A DNA stretch of 64,000 bases from Mobula birostris (lineage: Eukaryota). The notes under the pieces were generated by a model, which saw nothing but the letters and a program-made list of their open reading frames with translations, searched no databases and was not told the origin of the DNA. Position 1 is the stretch's first letter; each line of letters starts with the position of its first letter. The stretch covers positions 197,589,345 through 197,653,344 of the forward strand of contig NC_092374.1 of assembly GCF_030028105.1 (NCBI RefSeq). The letters run 5' to 3'. The position numbers and the translations under genes are program-made. Positions 63,497-64,000 of this stretch are shown here, in pieces.

Positions 63497-64000
63497 CAGC
63501 TTGACATCGGTGGTTGGGAAGTTGTTGGGGTCGATTGTCAAGGATGAGGTTGCAGAGTACCTAGAGGCATATGACAAGATAGGCAGAACTCAGCATGGTT
63601 TCCTTAAAGGAAAATCCTGCCTGACAAACCTATTACAATTTTTTGAGGAAATTACCAGTAGGCTAGACAAGGGAGATGCAGTGGATGTTGTATATTTGGA
63701 TTTTCAGAAGGCCTTTGACAAGGTGCCACACATGAGGCTACTTAACAAGATAAGAGCCCATGAAATTACGGGAAAGTTACATACATGGATAGAGTGTTGG
63801 CTGATCAGCAGGAAACAGTGGGAATAAAGGGATCCTATTCTGGTTGGCTGCCGGTTACCAGTGGTGTCCCACAGGGGTCTGTGTTGGGGCTGCTTCTTTT
63901 TACATTGTACATCAACGATTTGGATTATGGAATAGATGGCTTTGTGGCTAAGTTTGCTGATGATACGAAGATAGGTGGAGGGGCTGGTAGTGCTGAGGAA
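63497..64000 (+). mobile_element. CR1 RT fragment running off the window
   Basis: TSVVGKLL, QHGFLKGKSCLTNL, YLDFQKAFDKV, KFADD. Confidence 0.88.

Overview
Repeat-rich vertebrate DNA; the CR1, Penelope, Rex1 and Tx1 repeats suggest a cartilaginous fish, probably a ray (inference). The core is a decaying tandem array in which an intronless heat-inducible hsp70 (+) and a convergent U1 snRNA gene (-) were duplicated together as one cassette, with up to six units traceable. It holds three full hsp70 ORFs (10846, 30655, 44322), one 5'-deleted pseudogene, one 3' fragment and one unit with only the 3' flank. It also holds two intact U1 genes (53706-53869, 62071-62234), one U1 split by a Tx1-clade retrotransposon with an 18-bp target-site duplication, and two units where U1 is replaced by a short Tx1 3' end. 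Units 3 and 4 form a near-identical duplication (offset 13,667 bp) next to a 13-N gap, so copy number is uncertain. Each intact hsp70 promoter carries an inverted duplicate of its heat-shock-element module, and several Penelope-like fragments carry minimal hammerhead ribozyme motifs. All alignments were done by eye and transposon boundaries are approximate.
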